Assembly: GCA_964450845.1 (NCBI GenBank) | Contig: CAYVGZ010000004.1 | Span: 1-48,816, forward strand | DNA: 48,816 nt | Source of the DNA: an uncultured Candidatus Bathyarchaeia archaeon | GTDB lineage: Archaea > Thermoproteota > Bathyarchaeia > Bathyarchaeales > Bathycorpusculaceae | Direction: 5' to 3' | Shown: positions 26,349-36,747 of the stretch, one piece after another | How positions within the stretch are numbered: position 1 is the first letter of the stretch | How the letters are laid out: each line of letters opens with the position of its first letter | Translations under genes and position numbers: made by a program | The notes under the pieces: model-generated | What the model saw: only the letters and a program-made list of their open reading frames with translations | The model's database searches: none | Told to the model about the DNA's origin: nothing

Positions 26349-29300
26349 ATGCCCTACATTAAAAAGATTGAACTTAAAGGATTCAAATCTTTCGGACCGC
26401 AAACCGTTAAAGTAGTCCTAGATAAGGGCTTTACAGCCGTCACAGGACCAAACGGAAGCGGGAAAACAAACATTGTTGACGCAGTTTTATTCGCATTATG
26501 CGAATTAAGCACTAGAAGGCTACGGGCGGAAAATGCAGCCAAACTGATTTTCCACGGTTCTGAAAAGGCTGGATTAGAAAGGGCAATAGTAGCTAAGGTA
26601 ATAATCCAGTTTGACAACACTGATGGCCGCATGCCAGTTGACACAACCACTGTTACAGTCTCTCGGGAAGTCTATAGAAACGGTCAAAGCGTTTATAGAC
26701 TTAATGGCAGAAGAATCTCGAGAGCGAACATTTTAAATGTTCTTTCCATGGCTGGAATAAGCTCCACAAGCCAAAACATAATTCTGCAAGGTACAATAAC
26801 CCGTCTAGCAGACATCTCTTCGATGGAACGTAGGAAAATCATTGAGGATTTGGTTGGAATAGCCCAGTATGACTCTGAGAAGGCTGAGGCTGAAGAAAAA
26901 CTCCGAGCAGCAGACATTTCCATACATACCGCTATGGGCAGAATAGACGAAGTCCAAAAAAGGGTGGATGACCTTGAAAGAGAACGCAACGAACTGTTAA
27001 GGTATGATTTCATCCAAGAAGAAATAAAAAAGTTTGAAGCAGTGAAGCTTTCAAATGATATGGTGCAGATACAAGATAAAGTGGAGGAAACTTCCTCTCA
27101 AGCAAATAAAGTTAGAGATAGAGTTGAAAAATTAAGACAGCTACGTGAAGAGCATAGGTCAAAAAGAAGAGATGTTGAGGGTGAATGGCGAAAACTAAGC
27201 TCAGAAATCGTTGAGGAAGGCGGTTCACAAGTATTAAAAGTGCAAATAAGAATAGGCGAATTGAAATCAAAACTAACAGAATTAACAACCAAAATAACCT
27301 CGGGAAAAACAAGCCTTGAAGGCTTAAAGCGAATCAGAGAAAACAGTCTTCAACAGTATCAAACCATTCGAAATGAAATTCGTGAAAACCGCCAAAAAAT
27401 CAAACATTTAAAAAGCAGTTATGATGGAGTTTTCAACCAGATAAACGAAAAACAGGCTGAACACGATGCTTTAGTGGATGAAACTGCTCAGCTTTGGGAG
27501 AATCTAGGAGAAAACAGCAAGAGAATCCGAGAAATTGAGCAACAACTCGAAAACTATTACAAGAGGCTTACATTTTTAAGGTCTGAACACGTAAAAAGCC
27601 AGACAGCAATCAAAATTCGCACAAGAAGATTCAAAGATCTGATTGAACGCGAAGGAAATTTTGCGTCAACATTAAGCGAACTCGAGAAGTCGCTTGCTGA
27701 GCTTGAAAAGGTGCAGAAGGAACAGAAAACACAGCTTAAAAGTCTAGAGCACATGCTTGAGCGAAGAATCGCACAAAAAGAAGCCGTAGAAGGGGAAATA
27801 TCTGAAGCTGGAAAAATAGCTGATTCGGCACGCACAGCAGTCATAGAGTTTGTGACGCAAAAGGAACTTGCAGAGACTGTTGCCTCGGAAGAGAAAGCCC
27901 TAACAACTATAGAAGAACTTGGCGAGTTAGGCGTAATTCCAGGCGTGTACGGCAGACTTCGCAACTTGATCAAAATTGACAAGACTTATCAACAGGCAAT
28001 AGAGGCGACAGCGGCAGGATGGCTTGATGCAATTGTTGTCATAGATTTCGATGCGGCTTTCACATGTACAGAAACATTGAGAAGAATGAAACTGGGAAGA
28101 ATCAAGATAATTTCGCTTCAAGGAACATCAAACCCTAAACCTTTAAAGATTCCTGAAAAAGAAGGCGTCACTGGTGTAGCCTCTTTTTTCATAAAATATG
28201 CGAAGAATTACGAGTCTGCAATACATTTCGTTTTTGGCGACACATTAGTCACGTCAGACGAGAAAACTGCTTTCGCCCTATCCAGCGAAGGCTACCGCGC
28301 AGTCACAGTTAGTGGAGACTTGTACGAGATAGGCGGAGCATTCGAAGGCGGTTACTATCGTGCTCCAATAGATTTTTCAACCATAATCCCAAGCGAGACA
28401 GCCATCAAAAGCCTTGATGAAGCCGTCAAAGCCCTACAGCAGCATCTTTCACGAAGAGGCAGTGATGTAACCTCTTTCGGGGAGGAAATCGATAAAACTC
28501 GTGTTGAAATTGCGCGTCTTTCAGAGGCCATAATCACGCTTGACAGAGAAATAGCTAGAGTTAAAAGAAGTGTCAAAAGAACAAAGACCAACATCAAACG
28601 AGTCAATCATTACATTGAACGGCTTAAGGAGGAAATTGAAAACGGAAAAACACAAATGTGGCTCCACAGGGCTGAAAGAAGTTCGATACAGAAGGGGATG
28701 CGGAAACTTCAGAGTGAGTTAGCCACTCTAAAACGGAAAACAGACCCTTCAAACATCCAAGAAATGGCGGTTAAAAGAGAGCGACTCGCCGAAGAAATTA
28801 TCACTTTAAGGCAGAAACTCGGTACAATTCAAACAGAAAATTCAACGCTTCAATCACAATTTGACAATGTTTTAAGGGTTGGATATCAAAACGCGAAAAT
28901 TCAACTTGCTAAAGTTGAACAACAGTTAAGAAGAGTTGAGAAGGAAGTAGAAGAGGCTCTTCAAGAGCGGGAATCACTGAAGCAGGAGTTGGCAGAACTG
29001 GAGAGAAGCCGCGTTGAACTTTCCAAGACCGTTTTGTCTGCGAGGGATGAAGCCAAAAAATTCACTACCCAAATAGACGACATAGACAAGGAACTTCGCA
29101 AGCTTGATTCGGAGTATGAGCAAACTGATCGTTTGTTAAATCAGCTTCAGCTCAACATCCAAACATCCCAGCTTCAGCTTGAGCAGTATCGAAACCAGCT
29201 TAGACAGTTTGGTTATGAACAACCACTAGTTGTAACGCCGAAACAAGTTGAAGAAGCTGAAACATCTATAACGATGATGCAGTTTGAACTTGAAAGAATA

Positions 29301-29900
29301 GGCGCAGTAAACCAGCTCGCCTTATCACATTACGCTGAACAGATTTCACGCTATAAGGAACTCTCATTAAGAATGAACGAGCTTGAAAAAGAAAAACAGA
29401 CCATAGTGCAGTTTATGGATGAAATTGAACATAAGAAACGCAAGGTTTTCACAGAAGCCTTCGAAAAAGTCAGCAGTAACATGGCAACATATTTCTCAAA
29501 GCTTACAGGAGGCGGAAATGCCACTTTCAAACTTGACAATCCGGATGACCCCTTCTCGGGAGGCATTGACATGATTGTTCAGTTTCCCAATAAGCCTTCA
29601 ATAGTTGTGAGCGGAACCAGTGGTGGTGAACGTTCAGTTGCAGCTGTTGCTTTCATATTCGCCCTCAAAGAGTTCACCCCTGCATCTTTCTACATCCTTG
29701 ACGAGATAGACGCCCATTTAGACGCTTTTCACGTTTCAAAACTTGCCGACCTTCTTTTGGAGGAGTCGGAGAAAACTCAGTTTATAGTCATCACCTTAAA
29801 GCCTGAAATGGTGAATAAAGCGCAAAAAGTTTATGGAGTTTATGAACGTAACGGGGTTTCAAACGTTATAGCGGCTCGATTTCTAGAGGTGCCAAGTTAA
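26349..29900 (+). CDS. smc: Chromosome segregation protein SMC
   Basis: GFKSF, Walker A GPNGSGKTN, long coiled coils, hinge GVYG...G.6.G.3.GG, signature TSGGERS, Walker B LDEIDAHLD. Confidence 0.97.
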   Translation: MPYIKKIELKGFKSFGPQTVKVVLDKGFTAVTGPNGSGKTNIVDAVLFALCELSTRRLRAENAAKLIFHGSEKAGLERAIVAKVIIQFDNTDGRMPVDTTTVTVSREVYRNGQSVYRLNGRRISRANILNVLSMAGISSTSQNIILQGTITRLADISSMERRKIIEDLVGIAQYDSEKAEAEEKLRAADISIHTAMGRIDEVQKRVDDLERERNELLRYDFIQEEIKKFEAVKLSNDMVQIQDKVEETSSQANKVRDRVEKLRQLREEHRSKRRDVEGEWRKLSSEIVEEGGSQVLKVQIRIGELKSKLTELTTKITSGKTSLEGLKRIRENSLQQYQTIRNEIRENRQKIKHLKSSYDGVFNQINEKQAEHDALVDETAQLWENLGENSKRIREIEQQLENYYKRLTFLRSEHVKSQTAIKIRTRRFKDLIEREGNFASTLSELEKSLAELEKVQKEQKTQLKSLEHMLERRIAQKEAVEGEISEAGKIADSARTAVIEFVTQKELAETVASEEKALTTIEELGELGVIPGVYGRLRNLIKIDKTYQQAIEATAAGWLDAIVVIDFDAAFTCTETLRRMKLGRIKIISLQGTSNPKPLKIPEKEGVTGVASFFIKYAKNYESAIHFVFGDTLVTSDEKTAFALSSEGYRAVTVSGDLYEIGGAFEGGYYRAPIDFSTIIPSETAIKSLDEAVKALQQHLSRRGSDVTSFGEEIDKTRVEIARLSEAIITLDREIARVKRSVKRTKTNIKRVNHYIERLKEEIENGKTQMWLHRAERSSIQKGMRKLQSELATLKRKTDPSNIQEMAVKRERLAEEIITLRQKLGTIQTENSTLQSQFDNVLRVGYQNAKIQLAKVEQQLRRVEKEVEEALQERESLKQELAELERSRVELSKTVLSARDEAKKFTTQIDDIDKELRKLDSEYEQTDRLLNQLQLNIQTSQLQLEQYRNQLRQFGYEQPLVVTPKQVEEAETSITMMQFELERIGAVNQLALSHYAEQISRYKELSLRMNELEKEKQTIVQFMDEIEHKKRKVFTEAFEKVSSNMATYFSKLTGGGNATFKLDNPDDPFSGGIDMIVQFPNKPSIVVSGTSGGERSVAAVAFIFALKEFTPASFYILDEIDAHLDAFHVSKLADLLLEESEKTQFIVITLKPEMVNKAQKVYGVYERNGVSNVIAARFLEVPS

Positions 29901-30601
29901 TGTCATCCACAATCGTTAAGAAACCGTTTTATTTGCGTCCCCCATGGAACATTCTTTTCGATTTTCACAAGCTTGAAAAGCTTACACCTTGGAACATCAA
30001 CGTTGCCTATTTGCTCACATCTTTTCTTGAGGAGATGGAAAAAACTGGGCAGATAGATTTTAGGGCTTCTGGCGTAGCTCTTGATTCTTCAGCGCTTATA
30101 TACTTGATGAAGTCGAAGCTTCTGCTGAAACTTGAAGAACCGCCGCCACCGCCTAAACCTCCACAAGATTTTCTTCCTCCGCCTCTTTTTCTGCCGCTTA
30201 GGCATGAATTAACTTCAACAACCATAAGGAATCTGCTGGAAGTGTTAGACGACGTTTTAAAAGGTGAGAAATTAGTCCGTTTTGAAAAAGCTGTTGCAGA
30301 ACCCCTTCTTCCAACGCCTTCAGAGATTCTGCCGCAGCTGGACATATACCTTATGGAAATTGAGTTGCAAATGGAAACGCTTTATGCTTCTCTTTCGGAG
30401 AAGGTGAAAGGCACAGGAATAATAGAGTTTTCGACTTTCATAAAGGGTGTTGGTCGAATGGAAGCCATCCGCACATTCATTCTTCTACTATTTTTAGCGC
30501 AAGATGGAAAAGTAAGCTTATTGCAAAATGAAGAAACTGAAGAGATATACATAAGTATTGGAGATCTAAGCATTGCAGAAGGCGGAAAAACAAACGTTTA
30601 A
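29900..30601 (+). CDS. scpA: Segregation and condensation protein A (kleisin)
   Basis: PWNINV..L...L..M...DFRASG, C-terminal F.LLLFLAQ.GKV.L.Q; immediately follows smc. Confidence 0.9.
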   Translation: MSSTIVKKPFYLRPPWNILFDFHKLEKLTPWNINVAYLLTSFLEEMEKTGQIDFRASGVALDSSALIYLMKSKLLLKLEEPPPPPKPPQDFLPPPLFLPLRHELTSTTIRNLLEVLDDVLKGEKLVRFEKAVAEPLLPTPSEILPQLDIYLMEIELQMETLYASLSEKVKGTGIIEFSTFIKGVGRMEAIRTFILLLFLAQDGKVSLLQNEETEEIYISIGDLSIAEGGKTNV

Positions 30602-31172
30602 ACTCGCAAATTTTCAGGAGAAGCATGTTGCAGATGGAATGCAACGTGACTTGGCTTTGTTGGAAGCCGCTTTGTACGTTGCTGGTCGCCCCTTAGACTT
30701 AAACGAGTTATGTTCTGTTTTGAAGACTCGTTCCAAAAATAAAACAAGAAAACTTGCAAAGATGCTTACGAAAGAATATGCAAATAAGAACACGGCTCTC
30801 GAAATTTTAGAGCTAAAAGATGAAAGATATGTTTTGCAGTTAAAAGCCGAATTCACGCCTTACGTTAAGAAACTTGTCACTAGACCGCTGCTTTCTACTG
30901 GTCCATTAAAAACGCTTTCATACATAGCCTACCGACAGCCAATTTCTCAAAAAAGAGTTGTTGAAGTACGGGGGCATCATGTCTACGGTCACATTAGAGT
31001 GCTGAAGGAAATGGGTCTAATCGCCGCCGAAAGAAGCGGACGTTCATCAGTTCTCAGAACAACTGAATATTTTGCTGACTACTTCGGCTTAAGCCACGAT
31101 GTGGCAACCATGAAAAAAGAGTTGAAACATGTCTTTGAAGACTTCTCAAAACAAGAAACGCTTGAACCCTGA
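30573..31172 (+). CDS. scpB: SMC-Scp complex subunit ScpB
   Basis: LLEAALYVAG.PL, LKTLSYIAYRQPI, TTEYFADYFGL. Confidence 0.94.
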   Translation: MQKAEKQTFKLANFQEKHVADGMQRDLALLEAALYVAGRPLDLNELCSVLKTRSKNKTRKLAKMLTKEYANKNTALEILELKDERYVLQLKAEFTPYVKKLVTRPLLSTGPLKTLSYIAYRQPISQKRVVEVRGHHVYGHIRVLKEMGLIAAERSGRSSVLRTTEYFADYFGLSHDVATMKKELKHVFEDFSKQETLEP

Positions 31173-31246
31173 AACGGATAGGTTTATATTGCAAAATAAC
31201 GGTGATAGTGAACACTTAGTTTGGAAACTAAAAAGGGAAATGTGAC

Positions 31247-31645
31247 ATGTCGGTTTGGCACGGCGATCTACGCAAGAAAAAACTGTCTGGAGGCAGAAAA
31301 AGAGCCTACAGGCGAAAGAGGAAATTTGAAGAGGGGAGATTTCCAGCCGAAACCATCCTAGGCGCACCGAAGAAGAAAATTGTTAGGGGAAGAGGACAAT
31401 CCATGAAAATCAAGGCTTTGAGCGACAAGTACGTGTGTGTAACTGATCCGAAAGGTGGAAAAACAGAGAAGGTTGAGATTATGCGGGTTGTCAAAAACCC
31501 CGTCAACGTTGACTACGACCGCAGGGGAGTAATAACGAAAGGCACAGTGATAGAAACTTCTCTTGGTTTGGCGCGTGTTACTTCTCGTCCCGGACAAGAT
31601 GGAATAATAAACGCCGTTCTCATCAGCGAAGAAGAAAAGAGTTAA
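31247..31645 (+). CDS. rps8e: 30S ribosomal protein S8e
   Basis: RKKKLSGGR, RGVITKGTVIET, TSRPGQDG. Confidence 0.96.
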   Translation: MSVWHGDLRKKKLSGGRKRAYRRKRKFEEGRFPAETILGAPKKKIVRGRGQSMKIKALSDKYVCVTDPKGGKTEKVEIMRVVKNPVNVDYDRRGVITKGTVIETSLGLARVTSRPGQDGIINAVLISEEEKS

Positions 31646-31655
31646 TCTGCTCTTT

Positions 31656-31955
31656 CTATTTTGTTGCAGTTATGCTCTGAATTTTTAGCAGTTGTTTTGC
31701 AATTTTTCGTATTACCTGCTCTTTTGCCTCATTTTTCTTCACAAGAAGCATGCCAGTTTTCAGCCACGGCGTCTTTGGATAACCAGCTTCCGCCACAAGT
31801 TCATGTTCTAAACCAAGTTTTTCCACAGCATCTTTTATCTCTAAAATCTTCGGAGAAGGCACAGACAAGTTTTTTGGAACTCGCCTACCATCCTTTCTGG
31901 TTTTTGTTGAATCAAAGTAGGCTGGCCAAATGATGACTTTATCTTGTTTACGCAT
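31656..31955 (-). CDS. srp19: Signal recognition particle 19 kDa protein
   Basis: IIWPAYFDSTKTRKDGRRVPK, YPKTPW. Confidence 0.95.
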   Translation of the reverse strand: MRKQDKVIIWPAYFDSTKTRKDGRRVPKNLSVPSPKILEIKDAVEKLGLEHELVAEAGYPKTPWLKTGMLLVKKNEAKEQVIRKIAKQLLKIQSITATK

Positions 31956-31972
31956 GTTCGCTTCTCCAATTA

Positions 31973-33727
31973 TTATTTGTGGGTGTAGTAGGCTGTTAGT
32001 TTCTTGTTAACCTCGTCGATTCTGACGAAGCCAAACCTCTCAAATTGTATTTTGCTGTTTGGCTTTAACTGTTTGCAGGCGCTTTCTGCAATTCCTTCCG
32101 CCACTGTTGCGTCGGGCATAACGACTTGACAGGGTATGTCCTTTCCAACGGGTATCCAGTGAATTAATTGTGCCTTAGCTTTTCTTGCTTCTTCATAGGA
32201 TTCGCTTATGAAAGATGCTTCAGCGGAATACACATTTGTGTTTTCGATTTTTATGTTGAACAGTCCCATGAGGCGAATTAGATTGCCGATTTTTGAAGCA
32301 TCCACATCCTTTTTTGAAACCCAAATAGCTACAGAATTGCCTTTTCCCTCAGGCTTTATCATGTACTCTCTGAACCCTCTTTCAGGCTTCTCTGGATGCA
32401 AATGAAGCTTTGCCACAAAAACTTTGGGAATCTTTTGCACAATCAATTCTATTGGGTTATGCACAAAAAAGTATCTGTCAGCTGTTGGGTCCAAGATTTT
32501 GCGGTTATACGCATACAGATTTTCCCAGCTTAAAATGACGTCTGAAGTTTTAGGTCCAACATCAATTATCATTTTCTTAATGGCTTCTGGCACTATTCCC
32601 CTTCTTCTTAAAGCTGCAAAAGTTGCCAGACGAGGGTCATCCCAATCCTTGTATAAGCCTTCCCTTATTCCCTGAACAATTTTTGACTTGCTCAAGGAAG
32701 CCCCAGTTATTTTGAGCCTGCCATAATGTATTGCTTCTGGATATTGCCAGCCCAAATATTTATACATATATTCTTGTCTGACTTGATTTGTCAGGTGTTC
32801 TTTTCCACGGATTATGTGAGTTATTCCCATCAAATGATCATCGACGCCGCACGCCAAATTGTATAGAGGCCAAACATGATATTTGCTTCCAACGCGCGGG
32901 TGTGGATATTTTTCGGCATCAATGACGCGAAGCGCAGGCCAGTCTCGAACTGCTGGATTCGGATGGTTCAAATCGGTTTTCACGCGGACTACCACTTCGC
33001 CTTCTCTATACTTGCCTTCAAGCATGCGTCGCCATCTTTCCAGTTGTTCTTCAGACGGCAAATTGCGACATTCACATGACTTGCTGGCTAATATCTTCTC
33101 TCGAAATAGCTCTGGCTGGCATGTGCAAACATAAGCGTTGCCATCCTTCAGCAACCTTTCAGCATACTCGTAGTAAATTGGAATTCTGTCGCTTTGGACG
33201 TATTTTTCATCTGGCTTACATTCAAGCCAAGCTAAATCCTCTCTGATACGGTCATAAAACTCTAAGACTGGTCTTTTCACCTTCGGGTCTGTATCTTCAA
33301 AGCGTAGAATGAACTTGCCCCTATACAAACGCGCGTACTCATAGCATAATACTATCGCTCTTGCTGAGCCCAAGTGCAGGACACAGTCTGGGTTGGGCGA
33401 AAAACGCGTAACAACCTGCGCATACTTTTCAGCGTTTGGCAAAGGTGGAAGACGTTTTTCCTCTTCAACTTTCTCCCTGACCAAGGCTTCTGGCCAGTTT
33501 TCCTCAACAATGCGTTGTTGCTCGCTTAATGGAAGACTGTTAACTTCTTTAACGATGTCATTAACAAGAGCGGACAATTCTTTAACTTTAGTTCTAAACT
33601 CGGATTTTTCGCCCAGAATCTTTCCGATAACAGGTCCTGCTTGCGCTTTTCCTTCATGTCTAATAGCGTTTAGCAAAGCAATTTTTTGAATAACTTCCTT
33701 AAGTTCAGCAATTTCTTCAGGTGTCAA
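31973..33727 (-). CDS. gltX: Glutamate--tRNA ligase
   Basis: TRFSPNP, HIGH-like HLGS, LRFEDTD, IIRGKEH, KMSKS-like LSKS, QFERFGF. Confidence 0.95.
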   Translation of the reverse strand: MTPEEIAELKEVIQKIALLNAIRHEGKAQAGPVIGKILGEKSEFRTKVKELSALVNDIVKEVNSLPLSEQQRIVEENWPEALVREKVEEEKRLPPLPNAEKYAQVVTRFSPNPDCVLHLGSARAIVLCYEYARLYRGKFILRFEDTDPKVKRPVLEFYDRIREDLAWLECKPDEKYVQSDRIPIYYEYAERLLKDGNAYVCTCQPELFREKILASKSCECRNLPSEEQLERWRRMLEGKYREGEVVVRVKTDLNHPNPAVRDWPALRVIDAEKYPHPRVGSKYHVWPLYNLACGVDDHLMGITHIIRGKEHLTNQVRQEYMYKYLGWQYPEAIHYGRLKITGASLSKSKIVQGIREGLYKDWDDPRLATFAALRRRGIVPEAIKKMIIDVGPKTSDVILSWENLYAYNRKILDPTADRYFFVHNPIELIVQKIPKVFVAKLHLHPEKPERGFREYMIKPEGKGNSVAIWVSKKDVDASKIGNLIRLMGLFNIKIENTNVYSAEASFISESYEEARKAKAQLIHWIPVGKDIPCQVVMPDATVAEGIAESACKQLKPNSKIQFERFGFVRIDEVNKKLTAYYTHK

Positions 33728-33749
33728 TGAGGTAACACTCTTTTAGGCT

Positions 33750-34820
33750 TTAGATGTTCCTTTCAATTAAGAATTTTGCAAAAGCATTCAATTTTTCCTT
33801 CGCATCGGAAGCTGGTATGAACTTTTCAGCTTCTATCCAGCTTTCTTCAACCATTTTTGTCGCAAATTTTTTTGCATAGTCTAGGGAGCCATACTTTTCC
33901 ATGATTGCTATTGCTTCTTCTATAAACGTCTGGTCTGAAGCGTGCATGTTAAGAATTTCAATAAGTCTCTGCTTATCCTCAGAGTTTGCTGCTTTTAATG
34001 TATGAATGACCATTAGGCTTCGCTTTCCCTCCGTTACGTCTTTTCCGCGTCCACCTTTCTTTTCTGCAAAATCTGCGCCCTTCAAATCAAGAACATCGTC
34101 TTGAATTTGGAAAGCAACTCCTATGCTTTCAGCGAAACGTCCAAGTTTTTCAACAAGCTCAACCTTTGCATCCGCCAGAACTGCAGCGATTTTTGCAGCC
34201 ATCCTTGCTAATGTTCCAGTTTTGTAAGCGCACATCTGTAAATAGTCCTTTTCATCTATTTTGTCAGCGTTTGCTAAGCCTCTATGCCACGCAATGTCCA
34301 CTGCTTGACCAAAGCTTAAGCTAATCATCTCCTGCACATAAATTTCGTAGACTTTGCGAAGTTTTTCTAGAGAAACTTTTTCTCTGTTTTCTATTAGTGA
34401 CAGAAGCGGTAGATAATACATGGCGTTTCCCGTGTTAATGGCTATGTCTAATCCGTATATTTTGTAGGTGCATGGTTTTCCTCTTCGGAATTCAGATGCG
34501 TCTTCTATATCGTCTACCATCAAAGTTCCATTATGAATTACTTCTGGGATTATAGCAAAATCAACGAAATCCTCTGGATTCTTGCCCAAAGCCTCACAGA
34601 TTAGCAGAAACAAGGCTGGGCGCCATCTTTTTCCGCCTCTGTCAAGAAACTCCCATATTGGTTCGGCGACTGTCTTGTTTAAGGCTTCTAGGTTATATGC
34701 GTAGCGTGGTGGGTTAATCCTAAAAAGAGCAGCCTTTTCAGAAAACATTCTGGGAACATACTTTTCAATAACTTTGTCTATTAAAGCAGCTTTTTCTTCG
34801 AGAAATTTCTCAATATCCAA
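33750..34820 (-). CDS. idsA: Geranylgeranyl diphosphate synthase (polyprenyl synthetase)
   Basis: GGKRWRP, DDIED...RRG, YKTG, FQIQDDVLD, EGK. The ORF is open to 34883; likely start is TTG at 34820 after GGAG. Confidence 0.94.
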   Translation of the reverse strand: MDIEKFLEEKAALIDKVIEKYVPRMFSEKAALFRINPPRYAYNLEALNKTVAEPIWEFLDRGGKRWRPALFLLICEALGKNPEDFVDFAIIPEVIHNGTLMVDDIEDASEFRRGKPCTYKIYGLDIAINTGNAMYYLPLLSLIENREKVSLEKLRKVYEIYVQEMISLSFGQAVDIAWHRGLANADKIDEKDYLQMCAYKTGTLARMAAKIAAVLADAKVELVEKLGRFAESIGVAFQIQDDVLDLKGADFAEKKGGRGKDVTEGKRSLMVIHTLKAANSEDKQRLIEILNMHASDQTFIEEAIAIMEKYGSLDYAKKFATKMVEESWIEAEKFIPASDAKEKLNAFAKFLIERNI

Positions 34821-34825
34821 ATGGT

Positions 34826-35929
34826 TTAGCTCCTCTCTCTCTGTGCATAGCCGTCTACGTTGAACTTCCTCATCTTCAGCCACTCTGCAGTTTCACCCAT
34901 CACAACAAATGGTGTTTCCTTCAAGGCTTTGACTGAGTCTGCCCCTACAAGAAACATGTTAGTTTTCAATTCTTCTATTAAAAGTGAAAGCACGTCTTTT
35001 GTTTCTTTCACGCTTTTAACTGCTGCATGTAGCACTGGCTGTGAAAGGCTTGTTAGGCTTGCGCCCAGAGCCAGAGCCTTAGCCACTTCAACTCCGCTGC
35101 GTATTCCTCCAGAAGCAATTATTGGAATGTTTACTGTTTGAGAAACTTCAACCATGCTTATGGCTGTTGGGATGCCCCAGTCCCAGAAAACGTCGCCCAA
35201 TCTGCGTTGGAAACTGTTTGCTTTTCTTTTTGTGCGGTAATATTCTACTGCTGCGAAGCTTGTGCCGCCTGCTCCGCTTACGTCTATGCCTTTCACGCCT
35301 GCAACCTCGAGTTTTTTTGCCTCTTCTGCAGCTATGCCTGCGCCTGTTTCTTTTACAATCACTGGTACGTCCAGTTCCGTTGCGATTGCATCTATTTTCT
35401 CAAGTACTCCTCTGAAGTTTGTTTGGCCTTCAGGCTGGACAGCTTCTTGCAACGGGTTCAGGTGTATTGCTAAGGCGTCTGCTTCAATCATTTCTATAGC
35501 TTTTTTTGCCTCTTTTAAACCGTATCCGTGGGCGAGTTGCGCTCCGCCGATGTTGGCGATTAGAAAAGCTGTTGGAGCCTTTTTTCTGGTTATCGAAAAG
35601 GTTTTTTCAAGTTTTCGGTTTTCTATAGCCGCTCGTTGGCTTCCAACACCCATCCCTAAACCCAACTCTTCCACGGCTTCTGCTATTGTCGCATTAATTT
35701 TGGTTGCTTCTGGTGTTCCGCCAGTTATTGCACCTACGATTAGTGGCGCGGAGAATTTGTGGCTGAAAATGGTTGTGGACAAGTTTATTTTTTGCTTGTC
35801 AATTTCTGGCAAAGCCTTATGGACGAAGTGGATGTCTTCGAAGCCCGTTGTGGCTTTTCTTGCTTGGGCATTTTGGTTTAAAGAGATTCTTATGTGGTCT
35901 GCTTTGCGTTTTCTTGTTTCCGTTGCCAT
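34826..35929 (-). CDS. fni: Isopentenyl-diphosphate delta-isomerase type 2 (FMN-dependent)
   Basis: RKADHI, GAITGG, GVGSQR, IHLNPLQE, VKETG, GGTSFA, SGGIR. Confidence 0.96.
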   Translation of the reverse strand: MATETRKRKADHIRISLNQNAQARKATTGFEDIHFVHKALPEIDKQKINLSTTIFSHKFSAPLIVGAITGGTPEATKINATIAEAVEELGLGMGVGSQRAAIENRKLEKTFSITRKKAPTAFLIANIGGAQLAHGYGLKEAKKAIEMIEADALAIHLNPLQEAVQPEGQTNFRGVLEKIDAIATELDVPVIVKETGAGIAAEEAKKLEVAGVKGIDVSGAGGTSFAAVEYYRTKRKANSFQRRLGDVFWDWGIPTAISMVEVSQTVNIPIIASGGIRSGVEVAKALALGASLTSLSQPVLHAAVKSVKETKDVLSLLIEELKTNMFLVGADSVKALKETPFVVMGETAEWLKMRKFNVDGYAQRERS

Positions 35930-35931
35930 CT

Positions 35932-36747
35932 TTACTCCTTCTCTATTAAGGTGCCTTCCACTTTTTCTCCTTTTAGAGCTTTGTAGATATAGTTTGGTTT
36001 TGTCGCATTTACGATTGTTGTCGGGATTCCCTGTTCTATGGCTGGTATAAGCTCTGCAATTTTGCCAAACATGCCGCCTGTAACGTCGCAGGCCGTTGGC
36101 TCGTCAAACTTGTTTTGAAGTGCCTTCAATTCTGTAAGTGTTAAGTGCTTAAACATTTTTGCAGTTTTCTCAACCTTAGGGTCAGCATCGTATAATCCGT
36201 CAACGTCAACGCCTATTATGATTCGTTTTGCGTTAAACTTTGTTGCAATGTAGGACACAAGCTGGTCGCCAGATAATATTGTAAAGCCTAAATCAGTGTC
36301 AAAAACTGCGTCGCCGTACATAATAGGCAAAAAGCCCATTTTTAACAGCATTTTTAATGGGGCTTCTTCAAAACATTGGATTCTGCCCTTCTTTGTTATT
36401 ACGCATGAGGAAGGCGTGATGCTTACGGCTGAAACATTACGCCAAATCAATGCATCCATGAATAAACCGTTAAGCACAGTCATAACATGATGGGTTTCTG
36501 CGAACCCGATTTTCTGGTTTCCTTCTTTAAATCCCTCTTTTATGGCATATTTTTGGGCAACTGGGTGTCCGAAGCTTCCGCCACCGTGGACAATCATTAG
36601 GTTTTGAACGTTTGCCTTCTGTATTTCCTCTACTAGACGACTCATTTCTTGCGTTCGAGCTGCAAGCTCTCCGTTTTTATCTGTAATTACTGAACCGCCA
36701 ATTTTCAAAAGGATCGGGTTAAGTTTGCTCAATCTTGACACCTTCAT
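35932..36747 (-). CDS. ipk: Isopentenyl phosphate kinase
   Basis: KIGGSVITDK, VHGGGSFGH, SGDQL, DVTGGM.GK; located in the mevalonate cluster. Confidence 0.92.
   Translation of the reverse strand: MKVSRLSKLNPILLKIGGSVITDKNGELAARTQEMSRLVEEIQKANVQNLMIVHGGGSFGHPVAQKYAIKEGFKEGNQKIGFAETHHVMTVLNGLFMDALIWRNVSAVSITPSSCVITKKGRIQCFEEAPLKMLLKMGFLPIMYGDAVFDTDLGFTILSGDQLVSYIATKFNAKRIIIGVDVDGLYDADPKVEKTAKMFKHLTLTELKALQNKFDEPTACDVTGGMFGKIAELIPAIEQGIPTTIVNATKPNYIYKALKGEKVEGTLIEKE

Noticed and set aside
26349-33727. Inteins or programmed frameshifts in smc or gltX (also checked in the pilus ATPase)
   Set aside because: The proteins are of typical length with uninterrupted motifs.
35262-36050. 262-aa plus-strand ORF
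   Set aside because: It is an antisense shadow of fni and ipk.
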